DNA of 44,453 nt from Nitrospiraceae bacterium (GCA_037442105.1 JBBIQV010000026.1:1-44453); one strand, 5' to 3'; numbered from the stretch's first letter, positions 27,753-38,732 are shown. Numbers and translations are program-made. Notes: a model not told the origin generated them from the sequence alone.

Positions 27753-28589
27753 CTAAACACAAGACCGCCGTTGGCACGTAGGGCAATAAAACGAGCTGCG
27801 TTCTCCGCGGAGACGGCGGATGTTGGAGCCACAGTGACTTGGGCAAGGCTGACCTTGTTTGCCATACACGAGATGGTGTTGCTTGTAACCACCTTCGGTG
27901 CCGTCAGGCGCAAAGAAATCTCGGATGCTCGACCCGCCGCAGTCGATGGCGTCCAAGAGCACCTGTCGCATCGTGTCGTACAGGAGATCGATCATCTCCC
28001 GCCGCATGCGACTCGCGATCCGATGTGGATGCAGGCGGGCTCGGAACAGAATTTCGTTGGCGTAAATGTTCCCGATCCCGGCGATCGCCTGTTGCTGCAT
28101 CAACAACGCTTTCAGACATCCCCGGCGCGCCCGAATGAGCCTCGCAAAGTCTTCTCGTGAAACCGTTAAAGGATCGCAACCAAAGCGTCGTGCGGTGAAT
28201 CGATCGAGCCCCCCCTTGTCTACCAGATAAATTCTCCCGAACCTCCTGGGATTCCAATAACGCAGTTCCGATTCGATTGCTCCCTCAAGGGTGAGCACCA
28301 CGTGGGTGTGGTGCGGGTGTTTCACCTTCGCCGACGGAAATAACAGCAGCCCTGTCATACCGAGTTCCGCTACGAGGTAACGCGTATCCCCAGCACGAGA
28401 GAGAGACAGCACGACACACTTGCCTCGCCGCTCGACGCCTTCGATCCTCGCCCCTCGATACCAGGAAAGGGCATCAAACCCTTCGCGCACGATATCTTTT
28501 CGCCCAACCCAGCAGTGCTTCACGGTCGCACCGAGAATACGGGCTCGCAGTTGGCGACTCGCGACCTCCGCTTCAGGAAGTTCCGGCAT
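27753..28589 (-). CDS. mutM: Formamidopyrimidine-DNA glycosylase
   Basis: MPELPE N-terminus, RRGK, LGMTG, GIGNIYANE H2TH motif and C-terminal zinc finger. Confidence 0.95.
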   Translation of the reverse strand: MPELPEAEVASRQLRARILGATVKHCWVGRKDIVREGFDALSWYRGARIEGVERRGKCVVLSLSRAGDTRYLVAELGMTGLLLFPSAKVKHPHHTHVVLTLEGAIESELRYWNPRRFGRIYLVDKGGLDRFTARRFGCDPLTVSREDFARLIRARRGCLKALLMQQQAIAGIGNIYANEILFRARLHPHRIASRMRREMIDLLYDTMRQVLLDAIDCGGSSIRDFFAPDGTEGGYKQHHLVYGKQGQPCPSHCGSNIRRLRGERSSFYCPTCQRRSCV

Positions 28590-28787
28590 CCACGTACCTC
28601 AATCTCGCCTCACCTGTTCCGATCACTGGGCGGCGAACGCTTACCGTGAAACAACAGCTTTGCACAATATAATCTAACGAGTGATTAGGCCACGACCCTA
28701 CAGAAAAGGCAACCGACGCGACAGGCGCAGAAGGAGTTTCGCGAGGAGACGACAAGGTCTGAGAAAAAGCGGGGGAAACGCAGGTGC

Positions 28788-29252
28788 TTATGCAACCCGC
28801 GGGGTAGCCTGCGACCGTTTTTTGATGCCCTCCGCGAGGCGATCCCGGTCATGGCGGAAGCGGAGCACTTCCTGAATGGCCTCCTGGAGCTGCGGCAACG
28901 GCATGGCACCGGGCCGTCTGGTCATAACAAACCGCACGGCCTCGCTATAGGCCATGCCCCGCGCACAGCAGAGATACGCCACTGCGACGGAAGCTGAACG
29001 GCCCATTCCCGCTCGGCAGCAGACCATAACGCGATTCGACGGCAGGTGCGTTTCGAGCCAATCTACCGCCCGGCTGAGGGTCCCCGGATCAGCCGGCGCA
29101 AACTCCTGCATGGGAATCTTGATAAACGTAACCCACGGCGGAGGGGTTACCACATACTCTTCTGCCACGAACATCAGTGCGCTCACGGCCGCAGCAGGCT
29201 GACGGGCATCATCGATGTTACCGATCAGGAGTGATTCCGTAATGACGTGCAT
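28788..29252 (-). CDS. Dual-specificity protein phosphatase family protein
   Basis: CX5R active-site loop CRAGMGRS, AVAYL and N-terminal ITESLLIG. Confidence 0.85.
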   Translation of the reverse strand: MHVITESLLIGNIDDARQPAAAVSALMFVAEEYVVTPPPWVTFIKIPMQEFAPADPGTLSRAVDWLETHLPSNRVMVCCRAGMGRSASVAVAYLCCARGMAYSEAVRFVMTRRPGAMPLPQLQEAIQEVLRFRHDRDRLAEGIKKRSQATPRVA

Positions 29253-29261
29253 AGCAAGCCT

Positions 29262-29289
29262 AGTATAGCGAGGGACAGAGGCGCGTCAA
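29262..29289 (-). promoter_or_regulatory. Sigma-70-type promoter of the phosphatase gene
   Basis: Minus strand TTGACG-N16-TATACT; the -10 ends 9 nt before the ATG. Confidence 0.55.
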
Positions 29290-29341
29290 GCTCAGCCTGC
29301 GTTCCGGCAGATCGGTGTAACCGATCCGTCACACCGCGCGA

Positions 29342-29370
29342 TTGCACATCCTGCGTGAGGTCCCTATACT
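29342..29370 (+). promoter_or_regulatory. Sigma-70-type promoter of the zinc-ribbon gene (divergent)
   Basis: TTGCAC-N17-TATACT. Confidence 0.55.
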
Positions 29371-29427
29371 CCGTTTGCCTACTCACGTGAAGCAGTGACG
29401 AGGCGTATCTTAGGAAACATCGCGTTC

Positions 29428-29787
29428 ATGAGCAGGCCCACAGTGGAAGAGGTCGAAGCCAGGCTCAAAGGAGTCCGCTGCGCCGTGTGCAAACAGAGCG
29501 GCTTCGCAATCGATCGTCGCACTATGCAGGCGGAAGGCGAATGGCGGGCAATATGCTTGAAATGCCGATATAGTTTTCCTGTTTACACCGACATGGAGTT
29601 TTATCTCAGAACCCAGCCCGATATCCCTTACCGCCTCAAAGAGATTTCCTGTCCGGCCTGCGAACATCGCGGGGTGGCACTGGACTTCCGGATCATGATG
29701 TCGGTCCGAGAAGGGATCTATTTCGTCACGTGCTCGGCCTGCGCACACCAGTTTCCGGAGCACTCCTCGCTCGAAGCCTTCGAGTAA
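29428..29787 (+). CDS. Hypothetical double zinc-ribbon protein
   Basis: Four CxxC motifs (CAVC, CLKC, CPAC, CSAC) in two similar units. ATG 29428 follows AGGA; GCCCCC/GGGGGC hairpin follows the stop. Confidence 0.75.
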   Translation: MSRPTVEEVEARLKGVRCAVCKQSGFAIDRRTMQAEGEWRAICLKCRYSFPVYTDMEFYLRTQPDIPYRLKEISCPACEHRGVALDFRIMMSVREGIYFVTCSACAHQFPEHSSLEAFE

Positions 29788-29881
29788 AGCCCCCCTGCAA
29801 GCCGGGGGCATTATTGGTATTTGGGATCATAGACCGTTCCTCGCACACGCCGGAGCCCCATGCCGAGGAGGATACCACTTG

Positions 29882-30490
29882 CTACAGACTGCCTTTTGTC
29901 GAAAGCACTCTGCCGGAGAGCCGCTCTTCCAGCATCGTCGCCTGGTCGAGCGCCTTCGCCGTCGCCTTGAAGATGGCCTCCATGATGTGGTGCGGATTGC
30001 GGCCGTAGAGAAGGTTCACGTGTAAGTTGAGCCCACCGTGGGTGACAAAGGCCTGAAAAAAATCTTCGAACAGTCCAAGGTCGAACGACTTGATCTTCCG
30101 ATCCGGCAGCTTAACGTTGTAGACCAGGTAGGGCCGGCCGCTGAGATCGATGGTCACTTGCGCGAGCGTTTCGTCGAGCGGCGCTGAGGCGAACCCGAAT
30201 CGCTTGATCCCCGCCTTGTCGCCCAGCGCCTGCTGCAGCGCCTTACCCATGACGATCCCGACATCTTCCACCGTGTGATGCTCGTCGATGTCGATATCGC
30301 CCTTCGCCTGAACGGTGAGGTCAAAGAAGCCGTGCTTCGCCAGGAGCTCGAGCATATGGTCGAAGAACCGTATGGAAGTTTCGATCTTGGCTTCACCGGT
30401 GCCATCCAGCGTCCATTCAACACGGATGTCGGTTTCCTTCGTCGCTCGTTGAAGGACCGCCTGCCGTGGAGCTGCTCCGTTCTTCTTCAT
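29882..30490 (-). CDS. hisB: Imidazoleglycerol-phosphate dehydratase
   Basis: [25 protein letters not shown] and [12 protein letters not shown] motifs. Confidence 0.97.
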   Translation of the reverse strand: MKKNGAAPRQAVLQRATKETDIRVEWTLDGTGEAKIETSIRFFDHMLELLAKHGFFDLTVQAKGDIDIDEHHTVEDVGIVMGKALQQALGDKAGIKRFGFASAPLDETLAQVTIDLSGRPYLVYNVKLPDRKIKSFDLGLFEDFFQAFVTHGGLNLHVNLLYGRNPHHIMEAIFKATAKALDQATMLEERLSGRVLSTKGSL

Positions 30491-31770
30491 GAAAACCTGC
30501 TCTGGGCCGACTTGGCATGCGCGTCGAACCCTTCAATGTGGGCCAATCGAATCAGCGGATCTTTCACTCTCGCCAGCTCCTGTTTCGTATAGTGGACGAT
30601 GTTGCTGACCTTGACATAGTCGTTCACCGACAACGGCGAGAAGAACCGCGCTGTCCCGCCCGTAGGCAAGACATGGTTCGGGCCGGCCACGTAATCGGCC
30701 ACCGACGGCGGCGTGTAGCGGCCCAGGAAGAGCGCCCCGGCGTGCCGGATCTTCTCCAGATAGTCGAACGGGTTGTCCACCGATAGCGTCAAGTGTTCGG
30801 CCGCGATTTCGTTGGCCACGCCGATGGCTTCGTCCATCGTGCCGACAACGAACGCCACCGAGTGGCGGGCGATCGACCTCGCGGCGATCTTTTCCCGCTG
30901 AAGGCCTTTGAGCTGGCTCTCGATCAATTTCACGACGTCTTTTGCCAGCCGCTCGGACGTCGTCACCAAAAAGACTTGGGCATCTTCGTCATGCTCGGCT
31001 TCGCAGAGCAGATCGGCTGCCACGTGGGCCGGATTGGCTTGTTCGTCCGCGACGACCAGCAGCTCGCTGGGACCAGCCACCATATCGATGCCGGCTGTGC
31101 CGTACAACAATCGCTTTGCGGTCGCCACATAGATGTTTCCCGGCCCGACGATCTTGTCGACCCTGGCAATGGTCTTGGTACCGTACGCCAACGCCGCCAC
31201 AGCTTGCACGCCGCCGACGCGATAAATTTCTGTCACCCCGGCAATATCGGCAGCGACGAGCAGGTAGGGATTGATCCCGCCTTTCTGCGGCGGCGTGACC
31301 ATCACGATCCGCCGGACACCAGCCACCTTGCCCGGGATCGTGCACATCAGGACCGACGACGGATAGACCGCCTTCCCGCCCGGCACATACATGCCGACCG
31401 CGTCGACCGGCGTGACGACTTGCCCAAGCGTAGCATCGTTGTCCTGATACATCCACGTCTTGGTCCGCTGCCGCTCATGAAAAGCCGTAATCCGTTGAGC
31501 CGCGAGCCGGAGGGCATCGCCCTCATCCTTCCGGATGTGGAAATAGGCGTTCTTGATTTCTTCGGGGGTGACGCGCAAGTCTGCGGGCTTGAGCGAGACC
31601 TTGTCGAATTGCTTCGTGTAGCGCAGGACAGCCTTGTCCCCCCCCCGCTCGACGGCTTGCAGAATCGTGCGGACGGTCTTTTCCACCGCCGCGCCGGTCG
31701 CCTGGCCTCGCATGGCCGCCTTCTTCAGGTTGGGAATAAAGTTACGATCGGCTTGGGTGACGATCTTCAT
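30487..31770 (-). CDS. hisD: Histidinol dehydrogenase
   Basis: [30 protein letters not shown] and GPNHVLPT motifs. Confidence 0.97.
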   Translation of the reverse strand: MKIVTQADRNFIPNLKKAAMRGQATGAAVEKTVRTILQAVERGGDKAVLRYTKQFDKVSLKPADLRVTPEEIKNAYFHIRKDEGDALRLAAQRITAFHERQRTKTWMYQDNDATLGQVVTPVDAVGMYVPGGKAVYPSSVLMCTIPGKVAGVRRIVMVTPPQKGGINPYLLVAADIAGVTEIYRVGGVQAVAALAYGTKTIARVDKIVGPGNIYVATAKRLLYGTAGIDMVAGPSELLVVADEQANPAHVAADLLCEAEHDEDAQVFLVTTSERLAKDVVKLIESQLKGLQREKIAARSIARHSVAFVVGTMDEAIGVANEIAAEHLTLSVDNPFDYLEKIRHAGALFLGRYTPPSVADYVAGPNHVLPTGGTARFFSPLSVNDYVKVSNIVHYTKQELARVKDPLIRLAHIEGFDAHAKSAQSRFS

Positions 31771-32465
31771 GCGCGCGCCGCTTTGGTTTTGCCCGTGCGT
31801 GAAGCCGGCCGGCGGCCAGCGGGAGACACCGGCAGCCGGTTCGCTGTCGCCGCTCGAAGCCTGCGGATCAGCTCCATCAACGGTTCGTGTTTCAGGCGAA
31901 GACTGGCCCGGTTGACGATGAAGCGCGCCGTCGACCGGGCGATCACTTCCACTTCAACGAGGTCGTGGGCCTTCAATGTGCTGCCCGTTTCCACAAGATC
32001 GACGATGCGGTCTGCCAACCCGACCACCGGAGCCAGCTCGATCGATCCGTAGAGTTTGATGACCTCGACAGGTATACCCCGCTGGTTGAAGTAGCGCTCG
32101 GTAATTCGAGGATATTTGGTCGCTACCCGTATCTTGGAGGACAGCCGTTCGCGCGATTCCTGTCCTCGGAGTGCGGCGACGGAGATTCTACACGCTCCGA
32201 AGCCTAAATCCAATGGCTCATAGACGTCGCTGTCTTGCTCCATGAGGACGTCCTTACCGACGATGCCCGCATCCGCCCCTCCATATTCCACATAGGTCGG
32301 CACGTCGCTGGGACGAACCACCAGCAGCGTGGCACCCATGTCCGGGCACAGAAACACCAGCCGACGGCTCTCGCCCGACAGCTCCGGGCTCCCGTAGCCG
32401 GCTTGCTTGAAGAGAGCCACGGCTTCGTCGAACAATTTCCCCTTGGATAACGCAATGGTCAGCAT
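31767..32465 (-). CDS. hisG: ATP phosphoribosyltransferase, short form
   Basis: IALSKGKL, DVPTYVEYG, VATKYP and GSIELAP...IVDLVETGSTL; no C-terminal regulatory domain. Confidence 0.96.
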   Translation of the reverse strand: MLTIALSKGKLFDEAVALFKQAGYGSPELSGESRRLVFLCPDMGATLLVVRPSDVPTYVEYGGADAGIVGKDVLMEQDSDVYEPLDLGFGACRISVAALRGQESRERLSSKIRVATKYPRITERYFNQRGIPVEVIKLYGSIELAPVVGLADRIVDLVETGSTLKAHDLVEVEVIARSTARFIVNRASLRLKHEPLMELIRRLRAATANRLPVSPAGRRPASRTGKTKAARA

Positions 32466-32477
32466 CGGATTACGCTA

Positions 32478-33752
32478 TCAAGCCGGCACGGCTGCCGCCC
32501 CTTCCTTTCGCCGCTCGATCTTCGAGCCCAATCCTCGTAACTTCTCTTCGATCCGTTCATAGCCTCGATCCAGGTGGTACACCCGTAAGATCTCCGTCAC
32601 CCCTTCGGCTGCCAACCCCGCGACGATCAAGCCCGCGCTGGCACGGAGGTCCGAGGCCATCACTGGAGCACCTGTCAGGGTTTCGCGACCGGTCACGACC
32701 GCCCGGTTTCCTTCCACCCGGATATCCGCCCCCATGCGCCGCAGTTCCTCCACATGCATAAACCGACTTTCAAAGACCGTTTCGGTGATGACGCTCGTCC
32801 CTTCAGCGATAGTCATCAAGGCGACTATTTGCGCCTGCATGTCGGTGGGAAATCCCGGATAGGGACAGGTCCGGACGTCGATCCCTTTCGGCCGCCGACC
32901 GGCCTTCAGACGCACCTGTTCCTTTTCTTCGTAGATCTCATAGCCGGCTTCCCGCAATTTGATGAGCAAGGACTCCAAATGGCTCGGACGACAACCGCTG
33001 ACGCACACATCCCCCTTGGTAATCGCACCTGCAAGAAGAAATGTCCCGACCTCGATGCGGTCCGGAATGACTTCGTGATCGGCCCCACGGAGCGCCCTGA
33101 CGCCTTCGATCGTGATCACGTCCGTGCCCACCCCAGCAATGCGCGCTCCGCGCCTGACGAGGTAGGCAGCCAGATCGACGACTTCCGGCTCCTTGGCCGC
33201 GTTTTCGATGACGGTCGTGCCCTCCGCCAGGCAGGCCGCCATCATCAAGTTCTCCGTGCCGGTGACGGTGGGCGTATCGCAATAGATTCTCGCCCCTTTG
33301 AGTCCCTTCGCGGTTGCTTTGATGTAGCCGTGTTCGATCCGGATGTCGGCCCCCATTTTCGCCAGTCCGGCTAGATGGAGATTGACCGGTCGCGAACCGA
33401 TCGCGCAGCCTCCCGGAAGGGACACGGTGGCCTCCCCCCAACGGGCCAACAAAGGCCCCAGTACCAAGACCGAGGCCCGCATGGTTTTGACCAGGTCATA
33501 CGGCGCCCGCGTGGAGTGCAACTGGTCGGCATTGACGATCGCCCGGTTCCCTTCCTGCCGGACCGAGACTCCCAGCATGCTCAGGAGCTTGCCCATCGTC
33601 ATCACATCCACGACCCGCGGGAGGTTCGAGATAACGCTCTCGCCTGTTCCGAGGATCGTCGAGGCTAGGACCGGCAGCGCCGAATTTTTCGCGCCGCTCG
33701 CGCGAACTTCGCCCCGCAAAGGGATACCGCCTGTGATGACGATCCGATCCAT
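32478..33752 (-). CDS. murA: UDP-N-acetylglucosamine 1-carboxyvinyltransferase
   Basis: [30 protein letters not shown] and [10 protein letters not shown] motifs. Confidence 0.98.
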   Translation of the reverse strand: MDRIVITGGIPLRGEVRASGAKNSALPVLASTILGTGESVISNLPRVVDVMTMGKLLSMLGVSVRQEGNRAIVNADQLHSTRAPYDLVKTMRASVLVLGPLLARWGEATVSLPGGCAIGSRPVNLHLAGLAKMGADIRIEHGYIKATAKGLKGARIYCDTPTVTGTENLMMAACLAEGTTVIENAAKEPEVVDLAAYLVRRGARIAGVGTDVITIEGVRALRGADHEVIPDRIEVGTFLLAGAITKGDVCVSGCRPSHLESLLIKLREAGYEIYEEKEQVRLKAGRRPKGIDVRTCPYPGFPTDMQAQIVALMTIAEGTSVITETVFESRFMHVEELRRMGADIRVEGNRAVVTGRETLTGAPVMASDLRASAGLIVAGLAAEGVTEILRVYHLDRGYERIEEKLRGLGSKIERRKEGAAAVPA

Positions 33753-33774
33753 ACCTACCTACGACGGTAATGAG

Positions 33775-33852
33775 AAATTCAAAATGACCAATGCAAAATT
33801 GGAGGCCGCCCGCAGTCTGTCATTTTTACTTTTGCATTTTTCATTTTGCATT
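33775..33852. repeat. Inverted pair of AT-rich heptamer arrays (AAAATGC / TTTGCAT-like)
   Basis: AAATTCAAAATGACCAATGCAAAATT ... CATTTTTACTTTTGCATTTTTCATTTTGCATT; overlaps the prmC stop codon. Confidence 0.7.
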
Positions 33853-34755
33853 CGTTGACAGTTCCGCACAGACGACGCGGTCGATTCCCCCCGCATCCTG
33901 CCTGATTCGGATATTTCCATACCGCCCCTGCCGACGAGCGTGCTCACACACTGCTTCCGCCTGGCCCTGTCCCACTTCCATCACCAGTAATCCACCTGGA
34001 ACCAGGAATTCATGGGCGCTTTCCAACAATCGACGATGGACCGCGATCCCGTCAGGTCCGCCACTGAGAGCGTTCCGAGGTTCAAACAGCCTGACCTCCG
34101 GCTGTAATCCGGCCCAGTCTGCATCAGAAATGTATGGAGGATTCGACATGACGACGTGGACATTGGCCTTCAGTTCCAACTGATCCAACGCCGCGAAAAG
34201 ATCACCTTGACGACGATGTACGCGATCGCCGACCCTGTGACGCTCGATATTCCGGCCGGCAACTTCCATCGCCGCCTCGGAACAATCCAGCGCATACACG
34301 GACACCGACGGCATAGCCTTGGCCAGCGCCACGGCCAGACAGCCCGACCCGGTCCCGACATCAACAACCGTCGCTGCTCGGCCGGACGGCAAGCACCGCA
34401 CTACTTCGTCGAGGAGCAGTTCCGTTTCCGGCCGAGGAATCAACACCGCAGGCGTCACCTCGAAATCAAGCCCGCAAAACTCCTGGGTCCCCAAAAGATA
34501 CTGGAGCGGCTCGCGGTTCGCGCGCCGGGCGAGCAGGTCCAGGGCCCTGGCTTGTTCACCGGAAGACACAGCGCGGTGCGGGTTGAGCCTGAGAACCAGA
34601 TGTGCCGAGGCAAGCGCAGCTTCCAGCAGCCAGACGGTCTCCTGAGCCGCATTGTCTATACCGGCCTGTTCCAGCATTGCCAGGCCGTCCGTTAACAGGG
34701 TCGCGACGGTGGCCTCTTTCTCTTGGCTGCCAGGGGAAGCCAGACCATCCATCAT
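33841..34755 (-). CDS. prmC: Release factor glutamine methyltransferase
   Basis: EPLQYLLG, LIPRPETE, DVGTGSG and SNPPY motifs; ATGA overlap with the prfA stop. Confidence 0.95.
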   Translation of the reverse strand: MMDGLASPGSQEKEATVATLLTDGLAMLEQAGIDNAAQETVWLLEAALASAHLVLRLNPHRAVSSGEQARALDLLARRANREPLQYLLGTQEFCGLDFEVTPAVLIPRPETELLLDEVVRCLPSGRAATVVDVGTGSGCLAVALAKAMPSVSVYALDCSEAAMEVAGRNIERHRVGDRVHRRQGDLFAALDQLELKANVHVVMSNPPYISDADWAGLQPEVRLFEPRNALSGGPDGIAVHRRLLESAHEFLVPGGLLVMEVGQGQAEAVCEHARRQGRYGNIRIRQDAGGIDRVVCAELSTNAK

Positions 34756-35831
34756 GATTCTCCCGCAAGTTGAGTGTCCTGCTGCGCCCGTAGGGCTTCG
34801 ACGATCTCATCCAACGCCCCTTCGAGCACCTGATCGAGCTTGTGCAGGGTGATACCCACGCGATGATCCGTCACGCGGTTCTGCGGGAAGTTATACGTGC
34901 GGACCTTTTCGCTACGGTCGCCGGTGCCGACCTGCGATTTGCGACTCTGAGCAATTTCCGCCTCTTGTTTCTCCCGCTCGGCCTCGACGATCCGTGCACG
35001 CAACGTCCGCATGGCTTTGTTCCGGTTCTTCAGTTGGGATCGTTCGTCCTGACACGACACCACGACGCCGGTTGGTATATGCGTGATCCGGACGGCCGAG
35101 TAGGTCGTGTTCACGCTTTGACCACCGGCGCCCGACGAGCAGAAGGTGTCGATGCGTAAATCTTTCGGATCGATGTGGACATCCACCTCATCCACCTCCG
35201 GCATGACCGCCACGGTCACAGTCGACGTATGGATGCGCCCGCTGGCTTCCGTTACCGGTACCCGTTGCACGCGATGAACCCCGGCTTCGTACTTGAACTG
35301 GCCGTAGGCGCCCTTGCCCTCGACGAGGGCGATCACTTCCCGATACCCCCCGATGCCCGTCTCGGAAGCTTCTACCACCTCCAATCTGAGCCCTTTCCGC
35401 TCCGCATATTTCATGTACATGCGGAACAGATCCCCCGCAAAGAGCGCGGCCTCGTCTCCTCCCGTCCCTGCCCGAATTTCCAGGAACATATTTTTCTCGT
35501 CCCGCGGATCTTTGGGGATGAGGAGGACTTGCGCCCGTTCCTCGATCTCTCGCTGACGTTCGTGCAACTGCACGGTCTCTTCTGTGGCGAGCATATGCAG
35601 ATCCTCGCCGGCCGATGGATCGCCCAACACTTGCGCTGCCTCTTCGAGATGTTTCGTCAAGCTCCGGTAAGTCTGAAACAATTGAGCCAGTTCCTCGATC
35701 TCGGTTCGCTCCTTGTTGACCTTGTGCAGCATCGCGGGTTGGCCGATCACGGAAGGATCCATGAGCTGCTGAGTCAGCTCGTCGTAACGGCTCGCGACCG
35801 ATTCCCATTTCTTGAGGAGTGGCGATTCCAT
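34752..35831 (-). CDS. prfA: Peptide chain release factor 1
   Basis: EIRAGTGG, GVHRVQRVPVTE (PxT), GAGGQSVN and RTYNFPQ motifs. ATG 35831 chosen. Confidence 0.97.
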   Translation of the reverse strand: MESPLLKKWESVASRYDELTQQLMDPSVIGQPAMLHKVNKERTEIEELAQLFQTYRSLTKHLEEAAQVLGDPSAGEDLHMLATEETVQLHERQREIEERAQVLLIPKDPRDEKNMFLEIRAGTGGDEAALFAGDLFRMYMKYAERKGLRLEVVEASETGIGGYREVIALVEGKGAYGQFKYEAGVHRVQRVPVTEASGRIHTSTVTVAVMPEVDEVDVHIDPKDLRIDTFCSSGAGGQSVNTTYSAVRITHIPTGVVVSCQDERSQLKNRNKAMRTLRARIVEAEREKQEAEIAQSRKSQVGTGDRSEKVRTYNFPQNRVTDHRVGITLHKLDQVLEGALDEIVEALRAQQDTQLAGES

Positions 35832-35873
35832 TGAGTCCGCTCGGTCTATTGGGATATTGATTTTCACGTGTCC

Positions 35874-35911
35874 AAAAAACAAAAGACCCTGCCCCTCAGC
35901 GAAGCAGGGTC
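35874..35911 (-). terminator. Intrinsic terminator after rpmE
   Basis: GACCCTGC/GCAGGGTC stem followed on the minus strand by TTTTGTTTTTT. Confidence 0.7.
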
Positions 35912-35933
35912 CCTTGCATGTTCAGGTGCGTCG

Positions 35934-36140
35934 CTACTTGCCCTTCTTGGCGTACTTTTTCTTGAACCGTTCCACCCTGCCTTCGGTATCGACGATTTTC
36001 TGTGTGCCCGTAAAGAATGGATGGCAGTTCGAACAAATGTCGACATTGAGATTGCCGACCGTGGTCCTGGTCTTGAATGTGTTGCCACAGGCGCAATGAA
36101 CGGTTGCCACGCGGTATGCCGGATGAATGCCCTTTTTCAT
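35934..36140 (-). CDS. rpmE: 50S ribosomal protein L31 (zinc-binding type)
   Basis: MKKGIHPAY...CACG...[10 protein letters not shown]...GRVERF, 68 aa. AAGGAG RBS. Confidence 0.97.
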   Translation of the reverse strand: MKKGIHPAYRVATVHCACGNTFKTRTTVGNLNVDICSNCHPFFTGTQKIVDTEGRVERFKKKYAKKGK

Positions 36141-36241
36141 GTCGACTCCTTGCACATCTCTGTTCCTGAGACCCGTCTGACTCAGCCCATTGACTTGCGG
36201 AGGCACTTTACCCTCCCCGACGGAGCCCGCGCAAGCCCGTT

Positions 36242-37489
36242 TTAACGGTTCATGGATTGCAGGAATTCCTGATTCGCCTTGGTTCCTTGCATCTTGTCCA
36301 TGAGGAATTCCATCGCCTCCATTGTGCCAAGCGGGCTCAGGACCTTGCGCAAGATCCACATCTTGTTCAGCCGGTCCTTATCGACCAACAATTCTTCCTT
36401 GCGCGTACCGGACTGGCTGATATCGATGGCCGGGAAGATCCGCTTATCGGCGAGCCGGCGATCCAAATGTACTTCCATGTTTCCGGTGCCCTTGAATTCT
36501 TCAAAGATCACATCATCCATACGGCTGCCGGTGTCGACCAGCGCCGTGGCCATGATCGTCAAGCTGCCTCCATTCTCGATGTTGCGAGCTGCCCCGAAAA
36601 ACCGCTTGGGCCGCTGCAAGGCGTTGGAGTCCAAGCCGCCCGACAACACCTTGCCGCTTGGCGGGGCAATCGTGTTGTAAGCGCGGGCCAGCCGCGTGAT
36701 GCTGTCGAGAAGGATCACCACATCTTTTTTATGTTCGACCAGCCGCTTGGCTTTCTCCAGAACCATCTCCGCTACCTGCGCATGCCGCTGAGCCGGCTCA
36801 TCAAAGGTCGAGCTGATCACCTCAGCCTTGACTTGGCGCTGCCAGTCCGTCACTTCTTCAGGCCGTTCGTCGATCAGCAGCACGATCAGGGTCACCTCTT
36901 TATGGTTCTTGAGGATGGCCCGCGCGATGGCTTGCAGCAACATGGTCTTTCCGGTTCTGGGCGCCGCCACGATCAGACCGCGCTGCCCCTTCCCGATCGG
37001 CGTGATCAAATCCATCACGCGCGTGCAGTACTCTTCCCGATCAAATTCGAGGTTGATGCGTTGTTCAGGATAGAGTGGGGTAAGGTTGTCGAAGAGAATC
37101 TTGTCTCGCGCAACCTCGGGATCTTCATAGTTGACCTTCTCGACCTTGAGCAGCGCAAAGTATCGCTCGCTTTCTTTGGGGGGACGAATCTGCCCGGAGA
37201 CGATATCCCCTGTCCTCAGATTGAAGCGACGGATCTGCGAGGGGGAGATGTAAATGTCGTCGGGCCCCGGAAGGTAATTGGAGTCCGGCGCTCGGAGAAA
37301 CCCGAACCCATCCGGAAGGGTTTCCAGGACACCTTCTCCGAAGACAACCCCGTTCTTCTCCGTCTGGGCCTGCAAGATTGCGAAGATCAGCTCCTGCTTG
37401 CGGAGATTTGCCGCGCCTTCAATTTTGAGCTCGCGCGCCACTTCGTTCAGATCGGCGATCGTCTTTTGCTTCAATTCTGCAAGATGCAT
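36242..37489 (-). CDS. rho: Transcription termination factor Rho
   Basis: [37 protein letters not shown] and EEFKGTGN motifs. ATG 37489 follows AAAGGGGG. Confidence 0.98.
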   Translation of the reverse strand: MHLAELKQKTIADLNEVARELKIEGAANLRKQELIFAILQAQTEKNGVVFGEGVLETLPDGFGFLRAPDSNYLPGPDDIYISPSQIRRFNLRTGDIVSGQIRPPKESERYFALLKVEKVNYEDPEVARDKILFDNLTPLYPEQRINLEFDREEYCTRVMDLITPIGKGQRGLIVAAPRTGKTMLLQAIARAILKNHKEVTLIVLLIDERPEEVTDWQRQVKAEVISSTFDEPAQRHAQVAEMVLEKAKRLVEHKKDVVILLDSITRLARAYNTIAPPSGKVLSGGLDSNALQRPKRFFGAARNIENGGSLTIMATALVDTGSRMDDVIFEEFKGTGNMEVHLDRRLADKRIFPAIDISQSGTRKEELLVDKDRLNKMWILRKVLSPLGTMEAMEFLMDKMQGTKANQEFLQSMNR

Positions 37490-37835
37490 GATCTCCCCCT
37501 TTACTTGTTGCATGCCGCTTCCACCGAGCCCCATGCTCCGCGGTCAGGACGAGCCACAAGCAAGCGCTGTTGAATGATCGAACGTGTCACAACCGAAGGA
37601 TACGATTTGGTGATTGCCTATCTCTGGAGAGGATGAGCCGTGAAGGAGAATCGCTCTAACATCACGACGCCGGTTTATTTATTTCGAAAGGGGGCTATTT
37701 CCACGGAACGACGGACATCGCACAACGACGTTTTCACTCTGGCGACCACAGAATCTACTTGGCTTGGCTCGAGATGGGCTCCAGAAGTTGAATCGGAGAA
37801 GAGGCAACCGTCCAGCAAACCGGAATACTGGCGAA

Positions 37836-37864
37836 ATCATAGCTCTCACTTCTTCGTTTGTCAA
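37836..37864 (-). promoter_or_regulatory. Sigma-70 promoter of rho
   Basis: Minus strand TTGACA-N17-TATGAT. Confidence 0.75.
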
Positions 37865-38010
37865 CACAGTTTTGACTGTTTCTGAAACTTTCGAAACACT
37901 CGCCGGGCAAGCACATTCCGGCTGTGCGAATTCTCGGGGTCGTGGACTGCTGGGGCCGCCATTGCACGCCCTCGATCTGTTGTGTTAAACACATAACAAG
38001 GTATATCGCT

Positions 38011-38424
38011 ATGGGCTCTCCTGACGAAGACGAATCCCCTGAGCGTCTCTTTACCCTTTCGGAAGCGAACCGGCTTCTCCCGCAACTTCAATCTCATCTG
38101 AGCGCCGTGAAAAGAGGTAAGTCGGTGCTTCTGCAAACCAGAGAGGAGATCCAACACGCTTCGTCCAAGGCGGCACTGGGCGGAGGCAGCGCGGTCGGAG
38201 TGCTTTACCTTCAGGCCCTGCAACAGATCAGCACCCATCTTCAGGCCATCCAGGAAATGGGAGTACTGGTCAAGGATGTCGATATGGGTCTCTGCGATTT
38301 CCCCTATCTCCTGGATGGCCGCACTGTATATCTGTGCTGGAAGCTCGGCGAGCGTGAAATTTGCTGGTGGCACGAAGTCACTACGGGTTACAAGGATCGC
38401 CACCCGCTTGAAGGAACAGCATAA
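38011..38424 (+). CDS. DUF2203-family protein
   Basis: RLFTLSEANRLLP...GVLVKDVDMGLCDFP...VYLCWKLGE...WWHE..GYKDRHPL pattern. Confidence 0.85.
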   Translation: MGSPDEDESPERLFTLSEANRLLPQLQSHLSAVKRGKSVLLQTREEIQHASSKAALGGGSAVGVLYLQALQQISTHLQAIQEMGVLVKDVDMGLCDFPYLLDGRTVYLCWKLGEREICWWHEVTTGYKDRHPLEGTA

Positions 38425-38450
38425 CAATCGATCAAATATACAGCGCCGGC

Positions 38451-38732
38451 ATGAAATTCGTCATTCTTGGCTTTGACAGCCCTGAAGGGGAGGCAAAGCG
38501 AAAAATCTATAGGCCGGCCCACCTGGCCAAGCTCGAACCGCTTCATGCCAAAGGCCGCGTCATCCTCGCCGGGCCACTGACCGACAAAACCGGCAGCCTT
38601 ATTGTTATTGAAGCCGCCTCGCTCGCAGAGGCCGAGCAATTCGCAAGAGAAGACCCCTACACCGTTCACGGAGTGTTTGAGCGTGTGGAGGTCCATCCCT
38701 TCATGCAGGTACTCCCCAAAGAAACCCCTTAA
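38451..38732 (+). CDS. YciI-family protein
   Basis: RPAHLA, LAGPL, GSLIV and EDPY motifs. Confidence 0.9.
   Translation: MKFVILGFDSPEGEAKRKIYRPAHLAKLEPLHAKGRVILAGPLTDKTGSLIVIEAASLAEAEQFAREDPYTVHGVFERVEVHPFMQVLPKETP

Noticed and set aside
31767..32465. HisG lacking its C-terminal domain
   Set aside because: This is the normal short form that works with HisZ, not a truncation.
30793..37573. Antisense ORFs 30793-32052 and 36257-37573
   Set aside because: Shadow frames of hisD/hisG and rho.
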